From: Planctomycetota bacterium
GTDB taxonomy: Bacteria; Planctomycetota; Phycisphaerae; FEN-1346
Assembly: GCA_030602705.1 (NCBI GenBank)
Contig: JAUVZF010000004.1
Coordinates: 11,460-75,459, forward strand
Direction of reading: 5' to 3'
DNA length: 64,000 nt
Both the position numbers and the translations under genes were made by a program. The notes below the pieces were generated by a model that searched no databases, had not been told where the DNA came from, and saw only the letters and a program-made list of their open reading frames with translations. This document shows, in pieces, positions 1-9,710 of this stretch. How positions within the stretch are numbered: position 1 is the first letter of the stretch; every line of letters starts with the position of its first letter.

Positions 1-1286
1 GCAACAACACCCGGAACTGCTACGCCAACGGCCGAGAGGTGCCAGGCACGAGCGAGATCTGCTGCACGCTGATCTCCCACGGTGGCGACCTGAACGGCCC
101 GATTGCCCTGATCGACCTCAGCAAGGGCCGGTTCAGCCCCAAGGCCATCACGAATATCACGCCGGACGTCCGGCCCCATTACCACATGAGTTGGGCCAGG
201 AAGGAGTGCTTCCGGGACCCGGTCCCCCTGTCGCGCGATTACTTCCTTTGCAGCCACGCCCCCAGCGATCGGTTCGGGCTCTACGTGATCGACCGGTTCG
301 GGAACCGGGAGGTGCTCCACCTGGATCCGGCGATCGGCAGCATGTGCCCGACGCCGCTCGGCACCGTGACGCCGCCGCCCACGGTCAGCGTCGCGGCCGA
401 GCCCGAGAACGGTCCGGCCGAACCGGGACGGTTCACCGTCGCCGACGTGTACCGCGGACTCGAACCGGCCGTCAAGCGCGGCACGGTCAAGTACATCCGC
501 GTGTGCCAGGAAGTGCGTGCGGACCTGACCCGACTGTCCAATGGCGAGTACCGGAAGGACCACAACCCCTTCCAGGACTACTATGCCACGCCTACGCACA
601 AGGTTCGCGGCCCGCACGGATGGCCCAGTTACGTGGCCAAGGGCTCGTTCGGGACCGTGCCAGTGGACGAAGACGGGTCGGCCAGTTTCTACGCCCCGGC
701 GGGAAAGGTGCTGTACTTCCAGGTCCTGGATGAGCACTTCAACGAACTGCAGCGGATGCGCAGCGTGGTTCAGTTGCAGCCCGGCGAGATGCGCAGCTGC
801 ATCGGCTGTCACGAAGACCGGGCCTCCGTCGCGCCGGCCCACCGCGCGAGCGCGCTCGGTCGCGAGCCGCGCCGCCTTGAGTCCCCGTCGTGGGGTGCCG
901 GGCCGTTCTCCTACGAGAAAGTCGTCCAGCCCGTGTGGGACGCCAAGTGTATCCGCTGCCACAACGCCAATCACAAGCGCAAGATCGACCTGACCGGCAC
1001 TCGCGGCGCGGACCGGATTCCTGCATCCTACCGCACACTGATTTCTCAAGGATTGGTTCACTATTTTGATTACACTTACGGGCGAGAACATACGAAGGCC
1101 GCTCCGCTGACCTTCGGCACCGTCAAGAGCAGGCTCTGGAAGGTGCTGGACGCCGGACACAACGACGTGAAGTTGAGCAGGGACCAGATGCGCCGGGTGA
1201 AGTGCTGGATTGATCTGAACTGCCCCCTGTGGCCGGACTACACGTTTCGCCCCAACCGCCCCGGCCCAGGCCTCGCCAGCCGGTAG
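1..1286 (+). CDS. 5'-truncated exported protein with two CxxCH haem-c-type motifs near the C-terminus (Planctomycete cytochrome-C-domain-like segment)
   Basis: The frame of the listed 39..1286 ORF stays open back to nt 3, so the gene starts outside the window. The motifs SCIGCHEDR and VVQPVWDAKCIRCHNANHKRKIDLTG are read directly from the translation. The second resembles PSCyt-type CxxCH segments of PVC proteins. Function cannot be assigned. Confidence 0.45.
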   Translation, partial: NNTRNCYANGREVPGTSEICCTLISHGGDLNGPIALIDLSKGRFSPKAITNITPDVRPHYHMSWARKECFRDPVPLSRDYFLCSHAPSDRFGLYVIDRFGNREVLHLDPAIGSMCPTPLGTVTPPPTVSVAAEPENGPAEPGRFTVADVYRGLEPAVKRGTVKYIRVCQEVRADLTRLSNGEYRKDHNPFQDYYATPTHKVRGPHGWPSYVAKGSFGTVPVDEDGSASFYAPAGKVLYFQVLDEHFNELQRMRSVVQLQPGEMRSCIGCHEDRASVAPAHRASALGREPRRLESPSWGAGPFSYEKVVQPVWDAKCIRCHNANHKRKIDLTGTRGADRIPASYRTLISQGLVHYFDYTYGREHTKAAPLTFGTVKSRLWKVLDAGHNDVKLSRDQMRRVKCWIDLNCPLWPDYTFRPNRPGPGLASR

Positions 1287-1321
1287 AGCCGGACGCAGTA
1301 CACCGGGGCGCGCGGGAGATC

Positions 1322-2503
1322 ATGCGTAGCGCCGATTTCATCCGCGAAACGCTCGACGATCTGAAGGCGCGGGGCCTCTACCGCCGCCTCGTTGCGCTCG
1401 GCTCGGCCGCCGGGCCGCATGTCGAAATCGGCGGCAGGACGGTTCTTCAGTTCGCGTCGAACAACTACCTGGGCCTCGCGAATGACCCGCGCGTCAAAGA
1501 GGCCGCACGCGCCGCCTTAGAGCGCTGGGGTTGGGGCGCCGGGGCCAGCCGCCTCGTCGCCGGGCACACCGAGGCTCACGCACGGCTGGAGGCCGACCTG
1601 GCCGCCTTCAAGCACACCGAGGCGGCTCTCGTCTTTCCCACCGGCTACATGACCAACCTCGGCGTGGTCACCGCCCTCGTGGGCCGGGGCGACACCGTCA
1701 TCATGGACCGGGCCAATCACGCCAGCCTGTACGACGCGGTGCGGTTGGCGGGGGCGGCGCTGGTTCGGTATCCGCAGGCCGACGCCGGCGCGGCAGGGCG
1801 GCTGCTCGAGAAACATCGCGGTGCGGCAGGCCGGCGGATGCTCGTTACCGACACCGTCTTCTCGATGGACGGCCGCTGCGCGCCGCTCACGGAACTGGCC
1901 GAACTGTGCCGCCGCGAGAACTGCATGCTGCTTCTCGATGAAGCCCACGCCACCGGCGTTCTCGGCCCGACCGGCGCGGGCCTGGCCGAAGAACTTGGCA
2001 TCGCGGAAGGCATTACCGCCGGCGTCGGGACGCTCTCGAAGGCGCTGGGCGGCATCGGCGGCTTCGTGGCGGCGTCGCGCGACGTGTGCGACCTCGTCGT
2101 CAACCGGGCCCGGCCGTTCATCTACACGACGGCGCTTCCTGCGGCCGCATGCGAGGCCGCGCGCGCCGCACTCCGGATCGTCCGCAGTGAACCCGGCGGT
2201 CGCCGCCGCCTGCTCGACCTTTCGAAGCGCCTGCGAACGCGCCTGCTGGAAGAAGGGTTCGACATCGGCGCCGAAAAGCCGGGAGCCTCCGTTTCGACAC
2301 CGATCGTTCCGATTATCCTCGGCGGTCCGGAGCGTGCCCTGGCGTTTGCGGCCGCGCTGCTGGAGGGGGGCATCTTCTGCCCGGCGATCCGTCCGCCGAC
2401 CGTCCCGCCCGGCACGAGCCGCCTGCGCATCAGCCTGACGGTCGAGCACACGGAGGATGACATGGAGCGCCTCCTGAGCGCCCTGGCCCGAATTCGGTGT
2501 TGA
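1322..2503 (+). CDS. bioF: 8-amino-7-oxononanoate synthase (class-II PLP alpha-oxoamine synthase, BioF/Kbl family)
   Basis: RETLDDLKARGLYRR, FASNNYLGLANDPRVKEAA and GTLSKALGGIGGF (PLP lysine) fit the BioF/Kbl pattern. I chose the ATG at 1322 because the upstream extension of the 1229 ORF is Pro/Arg-rich and overlaps the preceding gene. Confidence 0.8.
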   Translation: MRSADFIRETLDDLKARGLYRRLVALGSAAGPHVEIGGRTVLQFASNNYLGLANDPRVKEAARAALERWGWGAGASRLVAGHTEAHARLEADLAAFKHTEAALVFPTGYMTNLGVVTALVGRGDTVIMDRANHASLYDAVRLAGAALVRYPQADAGAAGRLLEKHRGAAGRRMLVTDTVFSMDGRCAPLTELAELCRRENCMLLLDEAHATGVLGPTGAGLAEELGIAEGITAGVGTLSKALGGIGGFVAASRDVCDLVVNRARPFIYTTALPAAACEAARAALRIVRSEPGGRRRLLDLSKRLRTRLLEEGFDIGAEKPGASVSTPIVPIILGGPERALAFAAALLEGGIFCPAIRPPTVPPGTSRLRISLTVEHTEDDMERLLSALARIRC

Positions 2504-2555
2504 GCCGCTCCCAAAGCGCCGATGTAGAGGCGGGACTGGTACAAGGGGGCCGCTC

Positions 2556-2999
2556 ATGTCTGCACGCACGCGTCGTTTCGTCTGGTCGGTCGTTGTCGCC
2601 CTGTTGGTGGTTATGGCCGGTTGCAGCAGCCTCGGCCTGGACCCGGAACCCGGCTCTGCCGAGGTCCGCGTGCGCAAGGGGCTCTCGAACGACCAGGCCT
2701 GGGACCGCCTCGTCGGGGCCATGTCGCGGCTGTTTTACCTGGAGCGCGTGGAGAAGAACGCCTTCGAGGACAGCGGGGTCATCTACACCGGCTGGACCAG
2801 CCGCGTGGCCGGGAAGGAGTTGCCGAACAAGAAGTTTCGCGTCATGCTCCTGCACGAGCGCCAAGAGCGGAAGGTGAAGGTGATGGTCGAAGAGACCGAC
2901 ATCACCGGCGACGTCGGGCCCGCCGACCAGGCCTTCGTCCAACTCGTCAAGGGCACCGTCCAGATGGCCGTCGGCATCGGCCCCACACGGTCCACCTGA
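2556..2999 (+). CDS. small lipoprotein, unknown function
   Basis: The N-terminus MSARTRRFVWSVVVALLVVMAGCSS has a signal peptide plus a lipobox (VMAGC). No recognisable family. Confidence 0.55.
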   Translation: MSARTRRFVWSVVVALLVVMAGCSSLGLDPEPGSAEVRVRKGLSNDQAWDRLVGAMSRLFYLERVEKNAFEDSGVIYTGWTSRVAGKELPNKKFRVMLLHERQERKVKVMVEETDITGDVGPADQAFVQLVKGTVQMAVGIGPTRST

Positions 3000-3085
3000 C
3001 GCCGCCGCCGCTAAGCGGTCACGGCGACCGCCACTCACTCCTGTTCGGCCGGCCACACGCCCCGGGCCGTGGCTGGTTGGCACAC

Positions 3086-4048
3086 CTATTTCACGTCTTC
3101 GGGCCTGATCAGTTGCACGGGCACGGGTGTGACCTCGGGAAGCGTCTCGCCGTCCAGTGCCTTCAGCGCACACTCAACACCCAGGGCCCCCATCATGGCG
3201 GGGTTCTGCTCGATGGTGGCGTGCATGTCGCTGCGCTTCATCGCCTCGCGTGCCAGGTCGATGTTGTCGTAGCCGACGATGATGATTTGGCCGATTTTGC
3301 CGCGGGCCTTGACGGCCGCAATCGCCCCGAGGGCCATCTTGTCGTTGGCGCACAGGACGCCGTGGACGTCCGGGTTGGCGGCCATGAGTGCGCTCGTGAC
3401 GCGCAGTGCCTCGTCGGTATGCCAATGGGCCGACTCGCTGCCGGCGACCTCCAGGCCCGCGTCCTTGGCGGCGGCCTCGAACCCCGCGCGGCGAGCCTCG
3501 GCGTTTTCGACGCCGTCGATGCCTCGCAGGATGAGGACGCGGCCCTTCTCGTCGGCCTTCAGTTTCTTCTTGATGAGGTCGCAGGCGTAGGCCCCGACCT
3601 TCTTCGCCCCCTCGAAGTTGTCGGGCCCGATGAAGGTGGCCACCTTCAGGCCCTGGCTCTTCGCCTCGTCGGTGTCGATGCGGTTGTCGATGTTGACGAT
3701 GGGGACGTTCGCCTCCTGGGCCCTGAGCAGGGGCGTCACGATGCCGATGCTCGATGCCGGCGCGATGATGATGGCCTCGACCCGGCGGTTCAGCATGTTG
3801 CGGACGAGGTTCGCCTGGCGGTCCACGTCGGTCTCGGAGGGGATGCCGGCCACTTCGAGGTCCACGCCGAGTTCGGCGGCCTTCTCGCGGGCGCCCTTCT
3901 CCATCGCCTGGAAGAACGGGTTGGTTGTCGCCTTGTAAATCAGGGCGATGCGGCGCTGGCGGGCGGCGCCGGGCTGCGGCTCGTCCTGGCAGCCGGCCAG
4001 GGCAATGCCGAACACCGCCGCAAGTGCGATCCACGTGGTGGGTTTCAT
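3086..4048 (-). CDS. sugar ABC transporter substrate-binding lipoprotein (RbsB/periplasmic binding protein type I family)
   Basis: MKPTTWIALAAVFGIALAGC lipobox, then IALIYKATTNPFFQAMEKGAREKAAELGV, NIDNRID and GYDNIDLAREAM, typical of ribose-type binding proteins. The ATG (cat on the + strand) is at 4046-4048. The longer 3086..4906 ORF is an upstream read-through artefact. Confidence 0.8.
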   Translation of the reverse strand: MKPTTWIALAAVFGIALAGCQDEPQPGAARQRRIALIYKATTNPFFQAMEKGAREKAAELGVDLEVAGIPSETDVDRQANLVRNMLNRRVEAIIIAPASSIGIVTPLLRAQEANVPIVNIDNRIDTDEAKSQGLKVATFIGPDNFEGAKKVGAYACDLIKKKLKADEKGRVLILRGIDGVENAEARRAGFEAAAKDAGLEVAGSESAHWHTDEALRVTSALMAANPDVHGVLCANDKMALGAIAAVKARGKIGQIIIVGYDNIDLAREAMKRSDMHATIEQNPAMMGALGVECALKALDGETLPEVTPVPVQLIRPEDVK

Positions 4049-4119
4049 TGTGGGGGCCTCCTGTTCGAGTTCACGGCCGGGAACATGCCCCGCCGCTTCC
4101 GCGGCGGGCTCGAAACGCG

Positions 4120-5076
4120 TTACTCCGTCCGTTTCAGACGGTCCAGTAGAACCGTCACGATGACAACGGCGCCGATTATAACCCACTGCCATCGCGGCTG
4201 CACGAGCATTGAGTCGAGGCCGTATTGCAGGACACCCATAATGAGCGCTCCGAGGAACGTACCGACGACGCTCCCCCGCCCGCCCGAAAGGCTCGTCCCG
4301 CCCACGATGACCGCCGCGATCGCATACAGTTCCAGACCGTCGCCGGCCAGCGGGTCGCCGAGGCTGTTCCGCGACCAGTATATGAGGCCCGCCAGGGCCG
4401 CACACAGGCCGCTCGCAAGAAACGTCACCACCCGCACCAGGCCGACCCGGATGCCGCACAGCCGCGCCGCCTCCGGGCTGCCGCCCACCGCAAACACGTG
4501 CCGCCCGAACACGGTACGCGCCAGAACCACGTGGCCGACGACGACCACCACAAGGCTCACCGCAATCGGCAGGAACCGTTGCACGACGACGGGCGAGTCG
4601 ATGTCGGCCCCGATGCTCTTGCCCCCGGCCACCACCATCGCCAAGCCACGGGCCACCATCATCATGCCAAGCGTCACGATGAACGACGGGATGCGCCAGC
4701 GGACGCTGGTGGCTCCGCTGGCAAAACCTGCCGCCAATCCGCACCCCAGGCCCGCCGCCAGCCCCACCGTGAACGAGCCCGTCGCGTTGGCCACGACGAC
4801 CAGAACGACGTGTGTCAGGGCGACGAGGCGGCCGACCGACAGGTCGATGCCGGCGCCGATGATGACGAACGTCATCCCCACGCCGAGCGTCAGGTTGATG
4901 GCGCACGAACCGGCCAGGTCAACCAGGTTGTCCCATCTCAGGAAGAACGGCCAGTGGACCTCGCCCGTGCGCCAATCGACGGCCGAGAGGACCGTGAAAA
5001 GGATAAACAGCGCCCCCAGCGCCACGACGAGCACCACGGCGCGGCCGAGGGCAATGCGGCTGCGGAGGTCCCCCAT
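4120..5076 (-). CDS. sugar ABC transporter permease (RbsC/AraH family)
   Basis: Multi-TM protein with NLVDLAGSCAINLTLGVGMTFVIIGAGIDLSVG and GGTSLSGGRGSVVGTFLGALIMGVL, both hallmark RbsC-type strings. Confidence 0.85.
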   Translation of the reverse strand: MGDLRSRIALGRAVVLVVALGALFILFTVLSAVDWRTGEVHWPFFLRWDNLVDLAGSCAINLTLGVGMTFVIIGAGIDLSVGRLVALTHVVLVVVANATGSFTVGLAAGLGCGLAAGFASGATSVRWRIPSFIVTLGMMMVARGLAMVVAGGKSIGADIDSPVVVQRFLPIAVSLVVVVVGHVVLARTVFGRHVFAVGGSPEAARLCGIRVGLVRVVTFLASGLCAALAGLIYWSRNSLGDPLAGDGLELYAIAAVIVGGTSLSGGRGSVVGTFLGALIMGVLQYGLDSMLVQPRWQWVIIGAVVIVTVLLDRLKRTE

Positions 5077-5224
5077 GGTGGCTTCTCCGGCGACTCCGGT
5101 TCGCCGGGACTATAGCACGCCCGCCGGCGGGCCTCAACGCAATAAGGCCGTGGCGGGGCGCGTGCATGTTTAGCCCCGGCCGCAACGGCCGCACGCTTTC
5201 ACCCGACCGGCCAAGCAAATGCGC

Positions 5225-7528
5225 CTACGGCTCCAGGGCATACAGCAGGATGTTGATCGCCAGCCGCCGCGCATCGTCCGGCGCCACCGTCCGGGCGCCG
5301 AACGTCCTGAGGCCGTCCAGCCCGTCGGCCAGACCGTACGGGCTGTAGACCATCACGAGGTGGCCCCCGCGCTCAAGACCGAGTAAGACCGGCCGGTCCA
5401 GTTCGGGCAACTCGGCTTTGACGGCGGGCGAATAACCCACCTGCTCGATCCGCGTGCCCACCTTGCCGCCATACAAATCGTGGTCGGGCGGCAGTTCCTC
5501 GAGACGGGCGTCCGGGAACATGTCGGTCACGAGTTCCCGGACGGCCTTGTCGAACGCCTCCCGGCCGCAGCACGCATGGGCCCACAGGAACCCGCCCTGT
5601 TGGAGGAAGTGCTTTAGAGCCGCGCGCTCCGCGTCCGACAGGCTGAACGTGTAATGGCCGGTCAGGTACAGGACCGGGAACGTGCCAAGATTCAGGTCCG
5701 TCAGGCGGACAGGCACCGGGCGGTTGTAGACGGCCACGCCGAAACGGTCCGCGAGGTCTTTCAGCAGCGCCGGCACGGCGTACGGGCGCGGTCGCCACTG
5801 GCCGTCGTGCTGTATCTGGCCGATGCGCAGCGCGCCGCGCGGCGGTGGCTCATCGGGGGGCATCTGGAGGACCGCGGCGACGCTGAGCCGGTCGGGCAAC
5901 CGCCGGCCACCCGTCGCATACACCGCCAGGTTCTCGCCGAAGCGGAGGGCATCGTCGGCCCGGTCCGGATTGGCCGCCGCCCACCCATCGCCCACCCCCT
6001 TCGGTGCGAGGACGATGGCGGCGCTACAGCCGACCGTCATGATCTCGATGTTTTTCGGCGTCAGTCGGTGGGCCGCCCGCGCGAGGGGATGATCGGCCTG
6101 GAGAGCCGCGAACTTCGACTCGGGAAACTGCTCGGCCATCATCCGCCGCACGCTCTCGGTGAAAGCCGCGTCGCCGCCCTGAGCGTCGAACAGAATGAGC
6201 CCGCCCTGCTCAACGTAACCTTTCAGCCGCGGGACCGACGCCGCCAGCATCCTCAAGGGCCCGCGTCCGGTCACGTGCAGGATGGGGGCGGCCAGGTAGT
6301 CGGCGAGAGGGGCATCGCTGGCGACGGTCCGCCAATCGACCGGGTCGCCGCCCACGCGTTTGCCGAGGAACCGCACCAGGTGGTCCAGATCTCGCGGGTC
6401 GTGTCGCCACTGCCCCTGCCACTGGAGCCGCTGGACCATCAGCGGTTTGAACCCCTTGGCCAGGAACAGCAGGCACAGCGCGTCGTGGTAGAGCCGGTCG
6501 GTCCATCGGCCGTCGCCCCGCTGACCGCGCACCAGCAGGGCCGTCCCCTCGCGGAACCAGTCGTGCTCGCCGAAGGTTCGCCGTCCGGACGTTACCCCGG
6601 CCCGCTCCAGGGCGTAAAGCCAGAAGTAGTACCAGGCGAGTTCGCGGTTGGGATTCTCTTTGATGGTGTAGTTCCGGGCGATCCACTCGATGCCGCGCTC
6701 GATGGTCGCGAGGCGGTCGGCCATCGTCTCGGCGGACCCCTGCCTGGCAAGCCGCTCGTGACACAGTTGGAGGCTCGCAACGACCGCCGCCGTAATGCTG
6801 CCGTACGCTTCGGCCGGGTCGGGATCGTGATAGACGTACCCCCATCCGCCGCCGGGCAACTGTGTGGAGCGGAAATGGCGGTCGGCCTTGCGCCAGAGGT
6901 CGGCCGGCACGCGAGCCCCCGCGCGGTCGGCTTCGCTCAAGGCCAGGATGGCGAACTGGGTGTTCGAGGCGTCGGGCCGCCCGTAGGCCCGGCGGAGTTC
7001 GGCCTCGCTGCGAGCGGTCTGCAACGCCCCGCCCACTTTCAGGTCTGCGATCGCCGAAGGAGGTGGTTTGCCGTAGCCCCACGCGCCGGTCGCATGTTGC
7101 AGCCCGACGAGCCAGTCCACCGCCGCCTGGATCTCGGCCTTGTACCGGGCGGGGTCGGCGGCCACCAGGGCCAGCACCTTCAGCGATACGACGTACGTGC
7201 TCTGGTTCTTGAGGCGTCGGACAGACTCCAGGCCGGCCGCAGCGCCCTTGTCGTTGGGCGACACTCCCGCCTGGAGCAAGGCGTAGGTGACCAGCGCCGT
7301 GACGCCGCCCTTCTGGGCGTAATCGGGCCACCGGCCGTCGGGCCTCTGGGCGCGTTTCATGGCCTCGATGGACCGCAGGATGGTGGCACGAATCTGGCGG
7401 CCGGTAGGAGGCGTTGCGGCCGGCGTATGGGGCGGAAAAGCGCTAACCGCCGCAGCCGCAATCGCCGATAGAAACAGGGCGCGGACCCTCGGCCTGCCGC
7501 ATGCGACGTTCGTGCGACTTGCGGGCAT
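5225..7528 (-). CDS. secreted alpha/alpha-toroid (prenyltransferase/squalene-oxidase repeat) protein with two DUF4159-like C-terminal modules, paralog 1
   Basis: Signal peptide present. Repeats QRPDGRWPDY, LQHATGAWGY, QLPGGGWGY and GQRGDGRWTD are toroid-type. DUF4159-like strings are APILHVTGRG..GGLILFDAQGG and FPVLYLTGHYTFSLSDAERAALKHFLQQGGFLWAHACCG. Confidence 0.7.
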   Translation of the reverse strand: MPASRTNVACGRPRVRALFLSAIAAAAVSAFPPHTPAATPPTGRQIRATILRSIEAMKRAQRPDGRWPDYAQKGGVTALVTYALLQAGVSPNDKGAAAGLESVRRLKNQSTYVVSLKVLALVAADPARYKAEIQAAVDWLVGLQHATGAWGYGKPPPSAIADLKVGGALQTARSEAELRRAYGRPDASNTQFAILALSEADRAGARVPADLWRKADRHFRSTQLPGGGWGYVYHDPDPAEAYGSITAAVVASLQLCHERLARQGSAETMADRLATIERGIEWIARNYTIKENPNRELAWYYFWLYALERAGVTSGRRTFGEHDWFREGTALLVRGQRGDGRWTDRLYHDALCLLFLAKGFKPLMVQRLQWQGQWRHDPRDLDHLVRFLGKRVGGDPVDWRTVASDAPLADYLAAPILHVTGRGPLRMLAASVPRLKGYVEQGGLILFDAQGGDAAFTESVRRMMAEQFPESKFAALQADHPLARAAHRLTPKNIEIMTVGCSAAIVLAPKGVGDGWAAANPDRADDALRFGENLAVYATGGRRLPDRLSVAAVLQMPPDEPPPRGALRIGQIQHDGQWRPRPYAVPALLKDLADRFGVAVYNRPVPVRLTDLNLGTFPVLYLTGHYTFSLSDAERAALKHFLQQGGFLWAHACCGREAFDKAVRELVTDMFPDARLEELPPDHDLYGGKVGTRIEQVGYSPAVKAELPELDRPVLLGLERGGHLVMVYSPYGLADGLDGLRTFGARTVAPDDARRLAINILLYALEP

Positions 7529-7656
7529 CGGGCGCCTCGTCAGCGGGTTCCTGGGTTCTCGCCGGATTTATCGACTAACGCCCTGCGCGGGCCTTAAGCA
7601 AACGTCTTGGGACGCACGCAACGTAACCGTATTCCGGGAAATAACTTACGACTGCT

Positions 7657-8706
7657 ATGCTGCCTGATATGGCCGACATGGATTTTGACCAGCGACTCGC
7701 CGAATTCAAGCACGTCCGCGACCGCCTCGTCGCGGAGGTTGGCCGGCGCATTATAGGACAACGCACGGTCGTTGACCAGATGCTGGCCACCGTTTTCGTC
7801 GGCGGACACTGCCTGCTGGTGGGCGTGCCGGGGCTGGCGAAAACTATGATGGTCCGCAGCCTGGCAGCCGCCCTGGACCTTTCATTCAAACGGATCCAGT
7901 TCACGCCCGACCTGATGCCGTCGGACATCACGGGCACCGACCTGGTGGACCAGTCGCCGGACGGTCGGCGCGAGTTCCGGTTCGTCCCCGGCCCCATCTT
8001 CGCCCATATCATCCTGGCCGATGAGATCAACCGCGCGCCGCCCAAGACCCAGTCGGCGCTGCTGGAGGCTATGCAGGAACGCCAGGTCACCGTCGGCCAG
8101 GAAACGTACGACCTGCCGGCGCCGTTCTTCGTCATCGCCACGCAGAACCCGATTGAACAGGAGGGCACGTATCCGCTGCCGGAGGCCCAACTCGACCGCT
8201 TTCTGTTCTCGATTCACGTGCCGTACCCGTCGGCGGCCGACGAGGAACGGATTCTGACGGCGCCGACGGGCCTGACATCCGAGCCGGTAGCCCGCATCCT
8301 TGGGGCCGACCAGATCCGGGCCCTTCAGGAAGCGGTCCTGTCGGTCCCCGTATCGCGGTACGTGGTGGCCTACGCGACGAAACTGGTGCGGGCGACACGG
8401 CCGGCCGACCCGAGCGCGCCGGACCTCGTGAAGGAGATGGTGGACTGGGGCGCGGGGCCAAGAGCCGGCCAGCATCTTATCCTGGCAGGCAAAGCGTTTG
8501 CGGCCATGGCCGGTCGGGCAGCGGTGGCGGTGGACGACGTCCGTGCGGCGGCGGTGCCGGTGCTTCGGCATCGGGTGGCGGCGAACTTCGCGGCCGAGGC
8601 CGCCGGCATCGACGCCGTCGGGGTCATCGAGCGGCTGCTGACGGATGTGCCCGAGCCTCCCGTCCGCCGTTACGCCGGCCTCGCCGTCGGCGCATCGGCC
8701 GAGTAG
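7657..8706 (+). CDS. MoxR-family AAA+ ATPase
   Basis: [14 protein letters not shown] (Walker A), [43 protein letters not shown] and [26 protein letters not shown] are canonical MoxR motifs. Confidence 0.9.
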   Translation: MLPDMADMDFDQRLAEFKHVRDRLVAEVGRRIIGQRTVVDQMLATVFVGGHCLLVGVPGLAKTMMVRSLAAALDLSFKRIQFTPDLMPSDITGTDLVDQSPDGRREFRFVPGPIFAHIILADEINRAPPKTQSALLEAMQERQVTVGQETYDLPAPFFVIATQNPIEQEGTYPLPEAQLDRFLFSIHVPYPSAADEERILTAPTGLTSEPVARILGADQIRALQEAVLSVPVSRYVVAYATKLVRATRPADPSAPDLVKEMVDWGAGPRAGQHLILAGKAFAAMAGRAAVAVDDVRAAAVPVLRHRVAANFAAEAAGIDAVGVIERLLTDVPEPPVRRYAGLAVGASAE

Positions 8707-8709
8707 ACC

Positions 8710-9609
8710 ATGGTTCGCCCGGAGCAATACCTGGTGCCCGAGATCGTCCGCCGCGTCCAGCGGCTGGACCTGCGGGCCAAGTTCATCGTCGAGGGGTTCC
8801 TGGCGGGCCTCAACGACTCGCCTTACCGGGCCTTGAGCCTCGAGTTCTCCGAGCACCGCAAGTACGTCCCCGGCGACGACCCCAAGAGGCTCGACTGGAC
8901 CGCCTGGGCCAAGAGCGACCGCCTCTACGTCAAGACTTACCAGGCGGAGACGAACCTCGAGGCTTACCTCCTCGTCGATACCAGCCGCAGCATGGACTAC
9001 GCCGGCCGGCCCGGCGCCATGACCAAACTGGAATACGCCACGGTCCTGGCCGCCGCCCTCGGATACCTCCTCACCTCTCAGCGCGACGCCGTCGGCCTGG
9101 GTCTTCTCGGGCGCCAACTGAACCGGCTCCTGCGGCCGCGCGCCAGCCGGCGCCAACTCGTCCGGATCCTCGCGGAACTCGCCGGCCTTCACGGCGAAGG
9201 CCCGACGGCGCTGGCGGCAGGGCTACACGCGGTCGCGCGGCGGGTCAAGCGGCGAAGCCTGATTCTGCTACTCTCGGACCTCGTGGACGAGGCCGAACCG
9301 GTCCTCGAAGCCCTCAGGCACCTGGCTTTCCGAGGCCACGACGTCGTGGTCTTTCAGATACTTGACGCCATGGAGCGGGAACTCGACCTCAGCGGCCCCG
9401 TCGTCCTGGAAGACCCCGAGACCGGCCAATGCGTCGTTACCGACGCCGACCACATTCGCGCGGCGTACACACGGCGTCTGCGCGACCTGGTGGACGGTTA
9501 CGAGCGCGGCGTCCGCGACTTGGGCGGCGACTTCGTCTGCATGACCACCAGCACATCATTCGACAAGGCGCTGTGCCGGTTTCTCTCGGAACGGAAACGC
9601 AGGTTCTAG
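8710..9609 (+). CDS. DUF58 domain protein (vWA-like partner of MoxR)
   Basis: It sits 4 nt after mox[33 protein letters not shown] is the characteristic DUF58 core (R.Y..GD....IDW..). Confidence 0.8.
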   Translation: MVRPEQYLVPEIVRRVQRLDLRAKFIVEGFLAGLNDSPYRALSLEFSEHRKYVPGDDPKRLDWTAWAKSDRLYVKTYQAETNLEAYLLVDTSRSMDYAGRPGAMTKLEYATVLAAALGYLLTSQRDAVGLGLLGRQLNRLLRPRASRRQLVRILAELAGLHGEGPTALAAGLHAVARRVKRRSLILLLSDLVDEAEPVLEALRHLAFRGHDVVVFQILDAMERELDLSGPVVLEDPETGQCVVTDADHIRAAYTRRLRDLVDGYERGVRDLGGDFVCMTTSTSFDKALCRFLSERKRRF

Positions 9610-9710
9610 AACAGCCAACGGCAGCACCCCTTTTAGCGGCGACCCGTCCGCCCATACGGGGCGTATGCCGAGGGCGGCCGCCGGCCGACCCGCAGGGGAG
9701 CGCGTAGCCC

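Noticed and set aside
2621-5173. 850-aa plus-strand ORF spanning the ABC transporter region
   Set aside because: It is antisense to two genes with unmistakable RbsB/RbsC motifs. Its translation is Arg/Gly/Pro/Ala-rich low-complexity sequence typical of high-GC shadow ORFs.
5654-7471. 605-aa plus-strand ORF
   Set aside because: It is antisense to the toroid/DUF4159 gene 5225..7528, has a shadow-ORF composition, and has no motifs.
7882-9192. 436-aa minus-strand ORF
   Set aside because: It is antisense to the MoxR and DUF58 genes, which carry canonical motifs.
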